Shown: positions 18,910 to 29,817, numbered from the stretch's first letter. The stretch is 64,000 bases of DNA from Longimicrobiales bacterium (GCA_965249725.1 OZ252251.1:416001-480000), one strand, 5' to 3'. Notes: generated by a model not told the origin, from the letters alone. Program-made: numbers and translations.

Positions 18910-21309
18910 CTACATCCTCAAGAGGTAGCTCAGCTTGACGAAGAACCCGTCGCTCGTGCGCTCCAGGCGCTCGAAACGGAAGGAGTCCTCTTCGGTCAGG
19001 CTGCTTCCGTATCCGACGAAGATCACGGTTCCGGGACTGGGCTCGAATGAGAAGAGGCCGTCGACCCGGAAGTCGTTCCTCGTCCACCCGAGCGCGGGCT
19101 CGTAGACCCCGTCGTGGTTCCTGACCAGGATGGGGTCCTCGGTCCGCGTATCGTCGCGAAGGTCGTCGACGTTGGTAGCGTCGTACTGGCCCACGAACCG
19201 GAAGAAGATCGCCCGGGTGAGCTGGTACTCGATCTTGAGTCGGGGCAAGTCACGGATTCGGAGAGTGCTTCTGTCGACCGTGCGCAGGTATTGCTGGCGA
19301 ACGAAGCTGCCTTCCATACGGAGTTGGTCCGTCGGACGCCAAACCAGGGTGTTGCGCCAAAGGAATAGATAGCCGGGGGCCCACTCGTCGTAGTTCACAT
19401 CCTGGCCGATGAGGAGTGACGTGCTGCCGCTGAAGTGCTGTGACTGCGGCAGAGTCAGGCCGAGGCTCAAGTTGTAGGTCGCGATCTTCGGCACGCCAAC
19501 GTATGGAGTGATCTCGGTTCCCGTCGCCGTGACACTCTCGGTGGCGTAGTCGTCGTACAGTTCGTGAGGGTAGAACACCTCTTCCGTGATGAGCGACGCC
19601 CGCACTGCCCAACCACCCCGGAGCGTCAGGTCACCACCGACGATCGCCCGCCAGAACTCGTCGAGGCCTCCACCTGCCAGAAACGTCTCGTGTCGCCAGT
19701 TCGTATCCAGGCTGACGCGCCCCGAGTACCGCTCCACCTTGGCGCCGGGCTGGCCGTAGCCCGTGAGGCTCGTGCTCCCCCGGAGCTGTACGATGCCTAC
19801 CCGGCTGAGGAATCCGCTGCCGGCCACGAGTTCGTCGTCCAGACCCTTGAAGGCGAGATTCCACCCGAACTGTCGGCCCCGTCGAGCGAGGCTCAGGTCC
19901 CACAAGTGACCGTCGGTGACTCCACCGTCGGTGCGGTCGAAGCTCATGGCTCCCTGCATCCGGAGATCGTAGATACCGCCGAACACGAACCGGGTGTCCG
20001 CGCTGGCCAGTCGGTTATAGTCGGAGCCCTCTATACGGTCGGTGTAGGCGAACCCCACCGTGGATTGGTCGCCCACATCCCGTTTGACGCGGACCAGATT
20101 GTAGATGGGGTAGTCCTCGCCGTTCGCCGACAGCGCCTGATCGTCCGCTGCCGCAAGAACGGCCAATTCCGTGCCCCCGATTTTGCCCGTGAACTTGGTC
20201 GCAGCCACCGGGCTCGAGACACGGCGCGTGTAGATCAGACGATTCGGTGTCTGGAAATACTCACCCCCTTCCAGGAAGAACGGGCGCTTCTCCGCGAAGA
20301 AGACCGCGCGTCTCGGGTCGTACTGCGTCTGCCCCTGATCGGCCTCGACCTGAGAGAAGTCCGGGTTGATGGTGCCGTTCATGGTCAGATTGCTGGTCAG
20401 TCCCCAGCGGATGTTGCCGCCGAACTCGGGGTCTTGAGCGTCGTACTCCCACCCGGCGGTCTCGGCCCCTCCGTTGATGGCACTGGTGACCACGGGATTG
20501 ATGTCGAGGACGAGACCCCGCTCGAAGCCGGAGAGGTCATGCAGGGTCCCGCCCTGGGCAAGGAAGGATGCTCTGCCCACCAGTGCGGGCGTCCACGTCT
20601 GCTCGTGACCGGAGTGCTGAACCCGACGGATGACGTTGATCCCCCAGCTCTGCGTCGCCTCGGATTGAAAGGAGAGGCTCTTGAATGGGATGCGCACCTC
20701 GACCTCGTACCCGTACTCGGTGAGGCGTCCTCTGGATTCGTACAGAAAGTCCTGGCTCAGATCGACCGGGTCCCGACCTCGGGTCGAGCTGGTGACCCGG
20801 GTCGTAGTGCGCTGTTCGACCCGCGACCCATCCGATTGGACCCCGAAGGGGTTCACCCCGAAAACGATAGCGCTGCGACCGTCGTTGAAGGTGTCGAGGA
20901 GGAGCTGAATGTGATCGTCGCTCTCGATCTTGTCGCGGTCGGCCAGGCTCGCGTTCGGCGGGCCGTGCGGCTCGAACGCGCGGATGCCGAAGTGAATAGC
21001 ATCGGGCGAGTACCAGATCAGCACCTCGGTGTTGTCGTCGGCCGGGAGTCCGTCCACGGGCTTGTACTGTGAAAAGCCGGTGAGAATGGCCGCGTCCGCC
21101 CAAGGAGCGTCGTCCAGGACGCCGTCCACCTCGATCGATGTTGCCAGCCGGGGCACAACCACGTCCAGCTGGCCTAGGGTGCCGCTATAGGTTTCGGCCA
21201 GGGAGGCCGCGGAAGCGGCGTTGGCGGAGGGAGGAGGACTCGGTGGTTCGGTCGTGCCGCCCGATACTCCAGTTGCTACCTGCAGCAGTGCCAACAACGG
21301 TACGAGCAT
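18910..21309 (-). CDS. CBM9-like + DUF5916 putative outer-membrane protein (copy 3)
   Basis: Same motifs as copy 2; ends FFVKLSYLLRM. Confidence 0.9.
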   Translation of the reverse strand: MLVPLLALLQVATGVSGGTTEPPSPPPSANAASAASLAETYSGTLGQLDVVVPRLATSIEVDGVLDDAPWADAAILTGFSQYKPVDGLPADDNTEVLIWYSPDAIHFGIRAFEPHGPPNASLADRDKIESDDHIQLLLDTFNDGRSAIVFGVNPFGVQSDGSRVEQRTTTRVTSSTRGRDPVDLSQDFLYESRGRLTEYGYEVEVRIPFKSLSFQSEATQSWGINVIRRVQHSGHEQTWTPALVGRASFLAQGGTLHDLSGFERGLVLDINPVVTSAINGGAETAGWEYDAQDPEFGGNIRWGLTSNLTMNGTINPDFSQVEADQGQTQYDPRRAVFFAEKRPFFLEGGEYFQTPNRLIYTRRVSSPVAATKFTGKIGGTELAVLAAADDQALSANGEDYPIYNLVRVKRDVGDQSTVGFAYTDRIEGSDYNRLASADTRFVFGGIYDLRMQGAMSFDRTDGGVTDGHLWDLSLARRGRQFGWNLAFKGLDDELVAGSGFLSRVGIVQLRGSTSLTGYGQPGAKVERYSGRVSLDTNWRHETFLAGGGLDEFWRAIVGGDLTLRGGWAVRASLITEEVFYPHELYDDYATESVTATGTEITPYVGVPKIATYNLSLGLTLPQSQHFSGSTSLLIGQDVNYDEWAPGYLFLWRNTLVWRPTDQLRMEGSFVRQQYLRTVDRSTLRIRDLPRLKIEYQLTRAIFFRFVGQYDATNVDDLRDDTRTEDPILVRNHDGVYEPALGWTRNDFRVDGLFSFEPSPGTVIFVGYGSSLTEEDSFRFERLERTSDGFFVKLSYLLRM

Positions 21310-21458
21310 CCACGAACTCCCCTGAGCCTACGAAGGGAGAGCGTCACCCCCCGACAGCGTGTGTATGGCCAACTGCGCAATGTGCCACCCAAATGACACG
21401 TTTGTCAGGTGGAACGTTTACCGGATGGCGCCGCAACTCTCAGCCGGGACTCCGTTCT

Positions 21459-23847
21459 CTACATCCTCAACAGGTAGCTCAGCTTCATGAAGAAGCCGTC
21501 GTTCTCGCGCTGCAGGTCGTGAGACGACCGGACCGATGAACTTGAACGAATTCTGCTCGGTGAGGCTGCTCCCGTACCCCGCGAAGATCACGGTACCTGG
21601 GTTGGGCTCGAAGGAGAAGAGCGCGTCGAAGCGGAAGTCGTTGTCGGTCCGAGCCAGCACGCGCTCGTAGCCACCGTTACCGTCGGGCACGACGATGGGG
21701 TCGTTCGTACGTGTGTCGTCGCGAAGGTCGTCGACCCGGCTAGCATCGTATTGGCCCACGAATCGGAAGAAGATGGCCCTCGTGAGCTGGTACTCGAGCT
21801 TGAGGCGCGGGATGTCGCGCACGCGCACGGTGCTGCGATCGGTCTTCCGGATGTACTGCTGCCGGGTGAAGCTCGCCTCGGCCCGGATCTGGTCCGAGGG
21901 CCGGAATACCACATTGCCCGTCCCCAGCCAGATGTATCCGGAGGCCCACTCGTCGAAGTTCTCGTCCTGGCCGAAGACGGCGAACGCGTTGGCACTGAAC
22001 CGTGTCGAGTTAGGCGTGCGCACCGTCAGTACCAGATCGTAGTTGTCCAAGGTGGGCTCACCCACGAACGGAACGATCTCAGTGCCCGTCGCGGTCTGCG
22101 TCTCGATCGAATAGTCGCTGTAGAGTTCGGCGGGGTAGTAGAAGCGTTCGATGAGGAGTGACAGACCCAGACTCCAGCCGCCCCGCAGCGTGAAGTCGTT
22201 TCCGAACGTGTACTTCAGCCAATTGTCCGGTCCGCCGCCGTTCATGAAGGTCTGATGGAGCCAACTGAACTCCATCGTCATGCGTGCGTTGTACCTCTCG
22301 AGGAAGGCGCCTGCGTCTCCGAAACGTGTCAGGCTGGGGCCACCCCGTGCGGTGACCGTCCCCACCCGACCGAGGAACCCACTCCCGGCGATCAGGTCGT
22401 CCGAGAAGCCCTTGAACGACATGTTGAAGCCGAACTCACGGCCCTGCCGCCTGAGGCTCACATCCCACAGATGCCCCTGCTGCTTGACCGACGAGGTGCG
22501 ATCGAAACTCAGAGCGCCTTGCATCTGAACGTCGTAGATGCCCCCGAATACGATGCGGGTATCGGCGCTGGCGAGCCGGTTGTAGTCGGAGCCCTCGACC
22601 CGGTCGGTATAAGCGATTCCCAGTGTGGACTCATCGCCGATATCCCGCTTCACCCTGAGGATGTTGAAGATCGGGTTGCTCCCACTGTCCGCCAGGTCCT
22701 CGTCCACGGCCGAGAGGAAGGCCAACTCTGTGCCGGACACCTTGCCCGTGAACTTCGCCGCGCCGTGGGGACTCACGATCCGCCGGGTGTAGATGAGCCG
22801 GTTCGGCGTTTGGAAGTTCTCGCTCCGCTCCAGGAAGAACGGGCGCTTCTCGGGAAAGAAGACGGCGCTTCGCGGATCGAACTGGGTCTGTCCCGCGTCG
22901 GCCTCGACCTGGGAGAAATCCGGCTTGACCGTGCCGTTCATGGTCAGGTTGCTGGTGACCCCCCAGCGCACGTTGCCGCCGAGCTCGGGGGTGTTCGCGT
23001 CATAGTCCCACCCTACGGTGTTGGGCGTTCCGGCCACAGCCGCGGTCAATACCGGGTTGATGTCCAAAACCAAAGCCCGGTCGAAGCCACTGAGGTCGTG
23101 GATGGTGCCACTCTGAGCCAGGAAGGACGCTCTGCCCTGCTGAACCCGCGTCCAGGTTTGCTCCCGACCCGAGTGCTGGACCCGCCGAATGACGTTGATT
23201 CCCCAACTCTGTGTGCCGTCGGACTGAAAGGAGAGGCTCTTGAACGGGACACGCATCTCGATCTCGTATCCGTAGTCCGTCAGGCGCCCCTTGGTCTCGT
23301 AGAGGAAGTCCGGACTCAGGTCGACCGGGTCGCTACTGCCCCGTCGGAGAAGGCTTCCGCGTTGAACCCCTCGGTCGACGCGCGACCCATCGGACTGCAC
23401 TCCGAGAGGATTGACACCGAACACGGTGGCCGTCCGACCGTCGTCGTAGGTGTCGAGCAGAATCTGGATGTGATCGTCGTTCTCGATCTTGTCTCGGTCG
23501 GCCAGGGTCGAGTTGACCTCGCCGTGGGGCTCGAAGGCCCGGATGCCGAAATGGATCGCCGTGGGCGAGTACCAAACCAGGACTTCGGTGTTTTCCACGG
23601 CTGCGACGCCATCCACCGGGCGATACTGGGAGAATCCCGTCAGCACGGAGGCGTCGGACCAGGCGGCCTCGTTCAGGACACCGTCGATCTGGACCGCGAC
23701 TTCGAGGCGCGGCACGGTGACGTCCAACTCGCCGTCCACGCCGCTGTAGACGATGGTCGCTGCGGTCGTCTCTTCGGCGCCCGTATTCGAGGACTTCTGG
23801 GCGGTGGCGGGAGCCACCTGAAGTAGAGCCAGAAGGGGGACGAGCAT
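21459..23847 (-). pseudogene. CBM9-like + DUF5916 protein (copy 4) with a C-terminal frameshift
   Basis: A 16-nt insertion at 21522-21537 puts the conserved tail HDLQRENDGFFMKLSYLLRM* (stop 21459-21461) out of frame. The ORF instead reads on to 21418. Confidence 0.75.
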
Positions 23848-23968
23848 GTACCGGGACTCCCATACCGAGGAACTGAGCCGGAGATCTACGGATCTGTCCC
23901 GAGATCTATCCGACGGTCAGCCTCAAATATCGCATGTGACCGGACACCGTGTCAGGGCAGGGGCCGAT

Positions 23969-24183
23969 TTACTCCTCCCGCAGCACTACGGCAGGGTCGA
24001 TTCGAGTGGCGCGTCGCGCCGGAATGTAGGCCGCGAGCAGAGCCACCCCCATGAGAATGCCAGAGACCGCAAGCAGCGTGACCGGCTCCGTGGCACCGAT
24101 CCCGAACAGCAGACTCTGGTGAAGCCCGGACGCCTGGCGAGCGTGCGGAAGACGTACTTCAGGTCTTGGACCAGGGTGTCCAT
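23969..24183 (-). pseudogene. Internally deleted ADOP/MacB-FtsX-type ABC permease remnant
   Basis: N-terminus MDTLVQDLKYVFRTLARRPGFT is joined out of frame, near 24117, to C-terminus SLLFGIGATEPVTL...AAYIPARRATRIDPAVVLREE*. Confidence 0.85.
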
Positions 24184-24298
24184 GGAGCCCCTCCAAACTG
24201 TCTAACGGGTCGAAGGGGCACTTCACCTCTCTCACCACGTCCGGCCCCTGTTACTGCTTAGATAGGACGGCGGCTGGGCCCGAAAGGTTGGGCCCGCC

Positions 24299-25561
24299 TC
24301 AGACTTGGGCCTCGGCCTCGCTTCGCCCGACGTAAGCCACGCACACCAGGTCCCCCAGCACGTTCACCGTGGTGCGCAGCATGTCCAGAATACGGTCGAC
24401 GCCCACGACCAACGCGATTCCCGCCGCCGCCTGGGGCCCCAGGCCTATCGCGTTCAGAACGATCAGCGTAGTGACCAAGGAGCTTCCGGGCACACCGGCC
24501 CCGGCTAAGGCGGCGAGGGTCGCCGTGAGGATGATCGTCACGAGTTCGCCGAACCCGAGTGTGAGGCCGTAAACCTGGGCAATGAATACGGTCGTAAGCG
24601 CCTTGTAGAGCGCGCCGCCATTCATGTTCAGCGTCGCCCCCAACGGAAGTACGAAGCCGGCCACCTCGTTGGACACACCGAGCTTCTCTCGGGCCACATC
24701 GATGCTGACGGGCAGCACCGCGTTCGACGACGAGGTCGAGAACGCGAGGAGCGGCGCTTCGGCGACTGCTCTCAAGAAGGCCAGCGGGCTCTGACGGGCC
24801 AACGTACGGACCGCGGTCCCGAGCACCACGCTGGCATGGATAAACAAAGCGATCGCCATCAGCGCGGAGTAGAAGAGCAGGCTCTGGAGGAGTTCCCAGC
24901 CGAAGCGCGCGACGACGGAGGCGATCAGAGCGAACACGGCATAGGGCGCGAGCTTCATGACCCAGTGGATCACGACCATACAGAGCCCGTTGACCGCGTC
25001 GAAGAAGCCTACGACCGCAGCGCGCCGCTCTGGCTCGATCACGGTCGCGGCAGCGCCGAAGATGAGCGTCGCGATGATCAAGGGCAGCAGATCCATGTCG
25101 GCGGCGGCCGAGAACGGGTTTCGTGGGATCATTTCCACGAGAATCTGGGTGAGCCCCGGGGCCGTCTCCGCGTTCGACGCCGCGGACGACGTGCGTTCTC
25201 CCTGGAATTCCGCCGCCAGCGCGTCGCGCACCGCGGGATCCATCGCCTCTCCGGGGCTGAACGCGAGTCCAAAGCCGAGGCCGATGAGGGCGGCAATCAC
25301 GGTCGTGACGAGGAAGAACACGAGGGTCTTCCGCCCGATACGGCCCAGCTTGCGGACGTCGCCGAGCGAGGCCGCCCCCACGAACAGGCTGGCCACGACC
25401 AGGGGCACGACCACCATCGTGATCAGCCGGATGAACGCATCGCCGAGGGGTTGGATCGAGATGAGCGTGACCCCGAGCCACTCGATCTCGAGGAGTTGAG
25501 CGGCGATACCGGCCACGGCTCCTGCAACGAGCCCCACGAGGATCTGCGTGCGGAGTTGCAT
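24299..25561 (-). CDS. Dicarboxylate/amino acid:cation symporter (DAACS)
   Basis: AFSTSSS, LGATLNMNG, AGVPG, DRILDMLRTTVNVLGD. Confidence 0.95.
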   Translation of the reverse strand: MQLRTQILVGLVAGAVAGIAAQLLEIEWLGVTLISIQPLGDAFIRLITMVVVPLVVASLFVGAASLGDVRKLGRIGRKTLVFFLVTTVIAALIGLGFGLAFSPGEAMDPAVRDALAAEFQGERTSSAASNAETAPGLTQILVEMIPRNPFSAAADMDLLPLIIATLIFGAAATVIEPERRAAVVGFFDAVNGLCMVVIHWVMKLAPYAVFALIASVVARFGWELLQSLLFYSALMAIALFIHASVVLGTAVRTLARQSPLAFLRAVAEAPLLAFSTSSSNAVLPVSIDVAREKLGVSNEVAGFVLPLGATLNMNGGALYKALTTVFIAQVYGLTLGFGELVTIILTATLAALAGAGVPGSSLVTTLIVLNAIGLGPQAAAGIALVVGVDRILDMLRTTVNVLGDLVCVAYVGRSEAEAQV

Positions 25562-25787
25562 GGGCGTTCAGCTCTGCCTGCTGAGGGTGATCGGGCGCCG
25601 CTCGATTCGTCCTGAGGGGTCTCGCGTTCCCGCGGGCGTGGAAACCGGGGTGCGGGCAATATACGGGCGGCCGGTCGGCGGGGAGAGGGGTGGGACCGGT
25701 GCCCGACGGTGGCATTGCACAGCGCCCACACCGCGCCCACGATACCATCCAGATGCGATTCACGACCCGGTAGAGGGGAAGAGTACC

Positions 25788-27386
25788 ATGAGGACGACAA
25801 TCAGATGGACCGCCGCCATAGTGTTCACACTGACCGTCGCGCCGCTCGCGGCGGAGGCGCAGACCTTCAGGACCGACGACCCCGTGCTTCAGAGGATCTG
25901 GAAGTTGGGAATGGAACAGTCCCGTGCATCCGAGCTGGCACAGATTCTCATGGATTCCGTCGGTCCCCGCCTCACCGGATCTCCGGGCCAGCTCGCCGCG
26001 CACGACTGGGCCGCGAAGACCTATGCGTCCTGGGGCATCGAGGCCGAGAACGAGGAGTACGGTACGTGGACCGGGTGGCGGCGCGGCATCCATCACGTGG
26101 ACCTCATCGCGCCTCGCGTGAAGACGCTCATCACCGAGGTGCCTGCCTGGAGCGCCGGGACCGACGGGCCGGTCGAGGCCGAGGTGGTGCTCCTGCCCCG
26201 AGTGTCCCGGGCCTCGGAGTTCGAGGCTTGGCTGCCGCAGGCCCGCGGCAAGTTCGTCGCCATCGTGCCGGCGTTGTTGTCCTGCCGGCCAGACCGGAAC
26301 TTCGATGAGTTTGGCACGCCGGGTGCCTTGGCACGCGCCGACGCAGCTCAGGAAGCCGCGAGCGCAGATTTCAACCGGACTCGAGTGGAGCCCACGGGCC
26401 TGACCATCGATGAAATCCGGGCCCGGTTGGGCGAATCAGGCGCTCGGGGGCTGCTCCAGTCGAGCTGGAGGTATGACGGAACCCTGGGCGTGAGCCGATC
26501 GCGGGTGCGGACCGTTCCGACCATCGATCTGGCCTGCGAGGACTACGGGTTGGTCTATCGTCTCGCGGACAACGGCCAGGGGCCGGTCTTGCGCGCGAAC
26601 ATCGACGTCGAGTTCACCGGAGTGGCCCCCACCTACAACACGATCGCCACCGTGCCGGGCACGACTAATCCGGACGAGTACGTCATGCTCTCGGCCCACT
26701 TCGACTCCTGGGACACGGGGTCGGGTGCCACCGACAACGGGACCGGCACGATCGTGATGATGGAGGCCATGCGCATCCTCGCGGAGGTGTATCCCAACCC
26801 CAAGCGCACGATCATCGCCGGGCATTGGAGCGGCGAGGAGCAGGGCCTGAACGGATCGGAGGCGTGGCGAGAAGATCATCCGGAGGTCGTGCAGGGCATG
26901 CAGGCGCTGTTCAATCAGGACAACGGAACAGGAAGGGTCGTGCGAATCTCGACCCAGGGACTGACCAGGGCCTCGGAGTACTTCGCCCGGTGGCTGACGC
27001 AGGTGCCGGAGTCGATCAGCCGGCACATCACGGTACAGTCTCCGGCCACGCCGGGCACCGGCGGAACGGACAGCAGCTCGTTCATCTGCGCCGGCAGTCC
27101 CGCGTTCAGCCTCAGTGCCATGAGTTGGGACTACGGTGTGTACACCCACCACACCAATCTCGACACCTACGACAAGATCGTGCCGGAGGACCTACGCAAT
27201 AACGCGACCCTGTTCGCCATGCTCGTCTACCTGGCGTCGGAGGATCCGGAGATGGTTGCGCGCGATCGACGGTCGCTTCCGGCCATGGCTCCGGGGCGTG
27301 GTGGGCGGCCGGCACGTGAGGTGACCGAGTGGCCGCAGTGCCGGGAGCCACAGCGCAACGATCCTCAGGCGGGGCTGATTCCCTAG
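25788..27386 (+). CDS. Secreted M28 family peptidase (carboxypeptidase Q-like)
   Basis: GPRLTGS, SAHFDSWD, ATDNGTG, GEEQGL, HHTNLDT, with a signal peptide. Confidence 0.92.
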   Translation: MRTTIRWTAAIVFTLTVAPLAAEAQTFRTDDPVLQRIWKLGMEQSRASELAQILMDSVGPRLTGSPGQLAAHDWAAKTYASWGIEAENEEYGTWTGWRRGIHHVDLIAPRVKTLITEVPAWSAGTDGPVEAEVVLLPRVSRASEFEAWLPQARGKFVAIVPALLSCRPDRNFDEFGTPGALARADAAQEAASADFNRTRVEPTGLTIDEIRARLGESGARGLLQSSWRYDGTLGVSRSRVRTVPTIDLACEDYGLVYRLADNGQGPVLRANIDVEFTGVAPTYNTIATVPGTTNPDEYVMLSAHFDSWDTGSGATDNGTGTIVMMEAMRILAEVYPNPKRTIIAGHWSGEEQGLNGSEAWREDHPEVVQGMQALFNQDNGTGRVVRISTQGLTRASEYFARWLTQVPESISRHITVQSPATPGTGGTDSSSFICAGSPAFSLSAMSWDYGVYTHHTNLDTYDKIVPEDLRNNATLFAMLVYLASEDPEMVARDRRSLPAMAPGRGGRPAREVTEWPQCREPQRNDPQAGLIP

Positions 27387-27413
27387 GCCGAGCCGGTCTT
27401 CCTAGCAGGAATG

Positions 27414-27460
27414 CGGCTCCGGGCAGCCCCTGCAGGGAGGCCCGGGGCCGTCGTTTCCTT
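27414..27460 (+). terminator. Possible terminator hairpin after the M28 peptidase
   Basis: cggctccggg...cccggggccg stem around a ccctgcaggg palindrome, followed by tcgtttcctt (weak U tract). Confidence 0.35.
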
Positions 27461-27568
27461 GTGGTCAAGACACGGGGAGGGCAATCTTACAGTAGTTGGG
27501 GTGAGCGCCCCGCGGTGCTCTCCCCTCAGCCCCGCTATTCCGCGCCTCACCCCCCCCAAATGGGACAC

Positions 27569-29314
27569 ATGCCTTCAGAGCCGACCCGGACGCTCGTGGT
27601 GGAGGACGAACCCTCCTCGCGCCATCTAATCAAGAGCATCCTTCAACTGCGTGGCCACGACGTCGAGGCTTGTGCTGATGCCGAGTCCGCGTGGGAGATC
27701 GCCAAGCGCGACCGATTCGACCTAGCCGTGCTCGATATGCGGTTGCCAGGGATGGACGGTGTGGAACTCTGTCGCCGACTGAGAAAGCTCCCTGAGGGTG
27801 GACAGATGGTCGTGATCTTCGTCACGGCTTCGGATCGCTCGGAGGATCTGGGGAGAGCGCTCGAGGCCGGGGCCGACGACTACGTGCTGAAGCCCATCGT
27901 CGACGCGGACCTCCCGGTGCGTTTTGCCCTCGCCGAGCGGAAGGTCCAATTCCTGTCGGATCGAAAGCGCACCGAGGAGGGACTGCTCAAGGACGCGTTG
28001 CGCGACTCCGTAACGGATCTCGTCAACCGGACGCTCTTCACCGAGCGGCTGCAGCGGATCAGCCGAAGGGCGATCCGGGAGAACGAGAAGCCTGGAACGA
28101 GCGGGTATCTATACGGAGTGCTTTTCGTGAACCTGGACGGATTCGCCCAGGTGAACGTGCGGGTCGGATATGAGGCCGGCGACTCGGTTCTCAACCAGGT
28201 AGGTCACCGCCTAGAGGAGTGCGTCCGCTCTGCCGACACCGTGGCTCGATTCGGGTCGGACGAGTTTGCGATCCTGCTGGACGACATGACCGACGTTAGT
28301 GACCCGACGCGCGTCACTCGGCGTATCGAACAAGCCTTCCACAAGCCGTTCGAGGCCGGCGGAGAGGATGTTCGCCTTACTGCGTGTGTGGGCATCGCGT
28401 TGAGTATCGGTAGGATCGTCGATCCTGCGGAGCTTGTCGACGACGCCAGAAGGGCCTTGCTTCGGGCCAAAGAGGAAGGGCCCGGCTCAGTCATGACCTT
28501 CGACGCAGTCGTACACGCTTGAGCGATCGCCCGATTGCAGCTCGAGTCGCGTCTCAGGGACGCGGTCGAGAACGGGGAGATGGTCCTGCACTATCAGCCC
28601 ATCACGCTCATCGAGACCGGGGTCGTCGCCGGATTCGAGGCGTTGGTCCGGTGGAACGAGCCGGATCGCGGCCTCGTTCAGCCTGAGGAGTTCATTCAGG
28701 TCGCGGAAGACACCGGCGTGATGATCCCCCTCGGACAATGGATCCTGGAAGAGGCGGCACGCCAACTCTCCGAGTGGAGGGAAATGTCGCCCGAGCCCGA
28801 CATGCCGTTTGTCAGCGTGAACGTTTCTGGGCGTCAGTTCATGCTGCCCAACATGGCCGAGCAGATCACCACCCTCATGACCAAGAGAGATCTGCCTCCG
28901 GGCTCCATCCAAGTCGAGATCACCGAGACCGCGCTGATGACGGATCTCGACGCCACCAGGAAGACCATCGACACGCTGAACGAGGCTTCGGTGGAGGTCC
29001 ATGTCGATGACTTCGGCACGGGGTACTCGTCGCTGAGCTACCTGAGCCGACTCCCGATCGCGGGCCTGAAGATCGACCGCTCGTTCGTGAACCAGCTTAC
29101 TCATAGTCGGGAGGACATGGAGGTTGTGCGCACGATCTCCCGTCTAGGCGCCAGCCTGAACTTGAGCGTCATCGCCGAGGGCGTGGAGACGGAGAGGCAG
29201 CTCGAGGAGCTTCGAACTCTCGGTTGTCAGTACGGGCAGGGCTATCTCTTCGGACGTCCACGGCCGGCTACCGCGATCACGCAGTTCCTGCACAGTCTCG
29301 AGGCGACGGACTGA
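27569..29314 (+). pseudogene. REC-GGDEF(degenerate)-EAL protein interrupted by an in-frame TGA at 28520-28522
   Basis: REC (VEDE, LDMRLP, LKP), GGDEF-like RFGSDEF, then VHA*AIARLQLESRL in the same frame into the EAL domain (FEALVRW, DDFGTGYSSL, EGVE, QGY). Confidence 0.8.
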
Positions 29315-29325
29315 AAGGCGTCGCC

Positions 29326-29817
29326 TCAGACCGCCTCTAGCTCGCCTTTGTTCAATGCGAAGAGCTGTGCGGGCGCCTCGCGGCTGAGGGCCACCAGGTG
29401 GTTGGGCGGAACCACCGTCCACTCGGGGTCGGCGGTGAGGCGCTCGGAAGAGACGACCACGGATCCGGACTGCTCGTAGCGCCGCCGTCCGGGTGAGTCC
29501 TTGGCCGCGGGCTGGTAGAGTTCTCGCTGGATGTAGTAGAGGCTCGGTGGATCGTCGTCGCCCGTGATGTACCGCGATATCACGGCCTCCCGTCCGTCGG
29601 AGACGGCCACATTCAGCTTGCTCACTTCGCCGTTGCCATACGTCTTCACCAGCTCGTGTACGCGCGTGATGGCGGCGGCTAGCGATCGGGCGAGGCGGAG
29701 CGACGCATGCCCTTCGTCCGAGCGCTTGAGGAGCTCATCGATGAACAGGGCGAAGAAGTGCTCGGTGTCGGTGCTCCCGAACACGTTGTTGTATGCCGTG
29801 TCGCAAACCGACTCCAT
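29326..29817 (-). pseudogene. C-terminal half of a class II glutamine amidotransferase (EgtC/YafJ-like)
   Basis: GSTDTEHFFALF, LNVAVSDG, PSLY, VVSSERL, W..VP.NHL. The N-terminal Cys nucleophile region is absent, and there is an in-frame stop just upstream. Confidence 0.7.

Noticed and set aside
21370..21392. TGGCAC sigma54-like site upstream of DUF5916 copy 3
   Set aside because: There is no TTGC-like -12 element at the required spacing.
14304..23847. DUF5916 array as a DGR target, shufflon or collapsed assembly duplication
   Set aside because: No reverse transcriptase or recombinase is present, no near-identical template/variable repeat pair was seen, and the copies are diverged throughout.
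25548..25787. Long N-terminal extensions in the ORF track (also at 27329, 31613, 39371, 42189 and 54084)
   Set aside because: Downstream starts fit the RBS, signal peptides and stop/start overlaps better; the extensions overlap neighbouring genes or promoters.
27460..27568. Possible c-di-GMP riboswitch upstream of the GGDEF/EAL gene
   Set aside because: Only an 8-bp ggggtgag/ctcacccc stem and a C-run are present; the class I and II consensus elements are not recognisable.
28520..28522. TGA as selenocysteine
   Set aside because: The position is an interdomain linker where Arg is expected, not a Cys-equivalent site, and I see no convincing SECIS hairpin.
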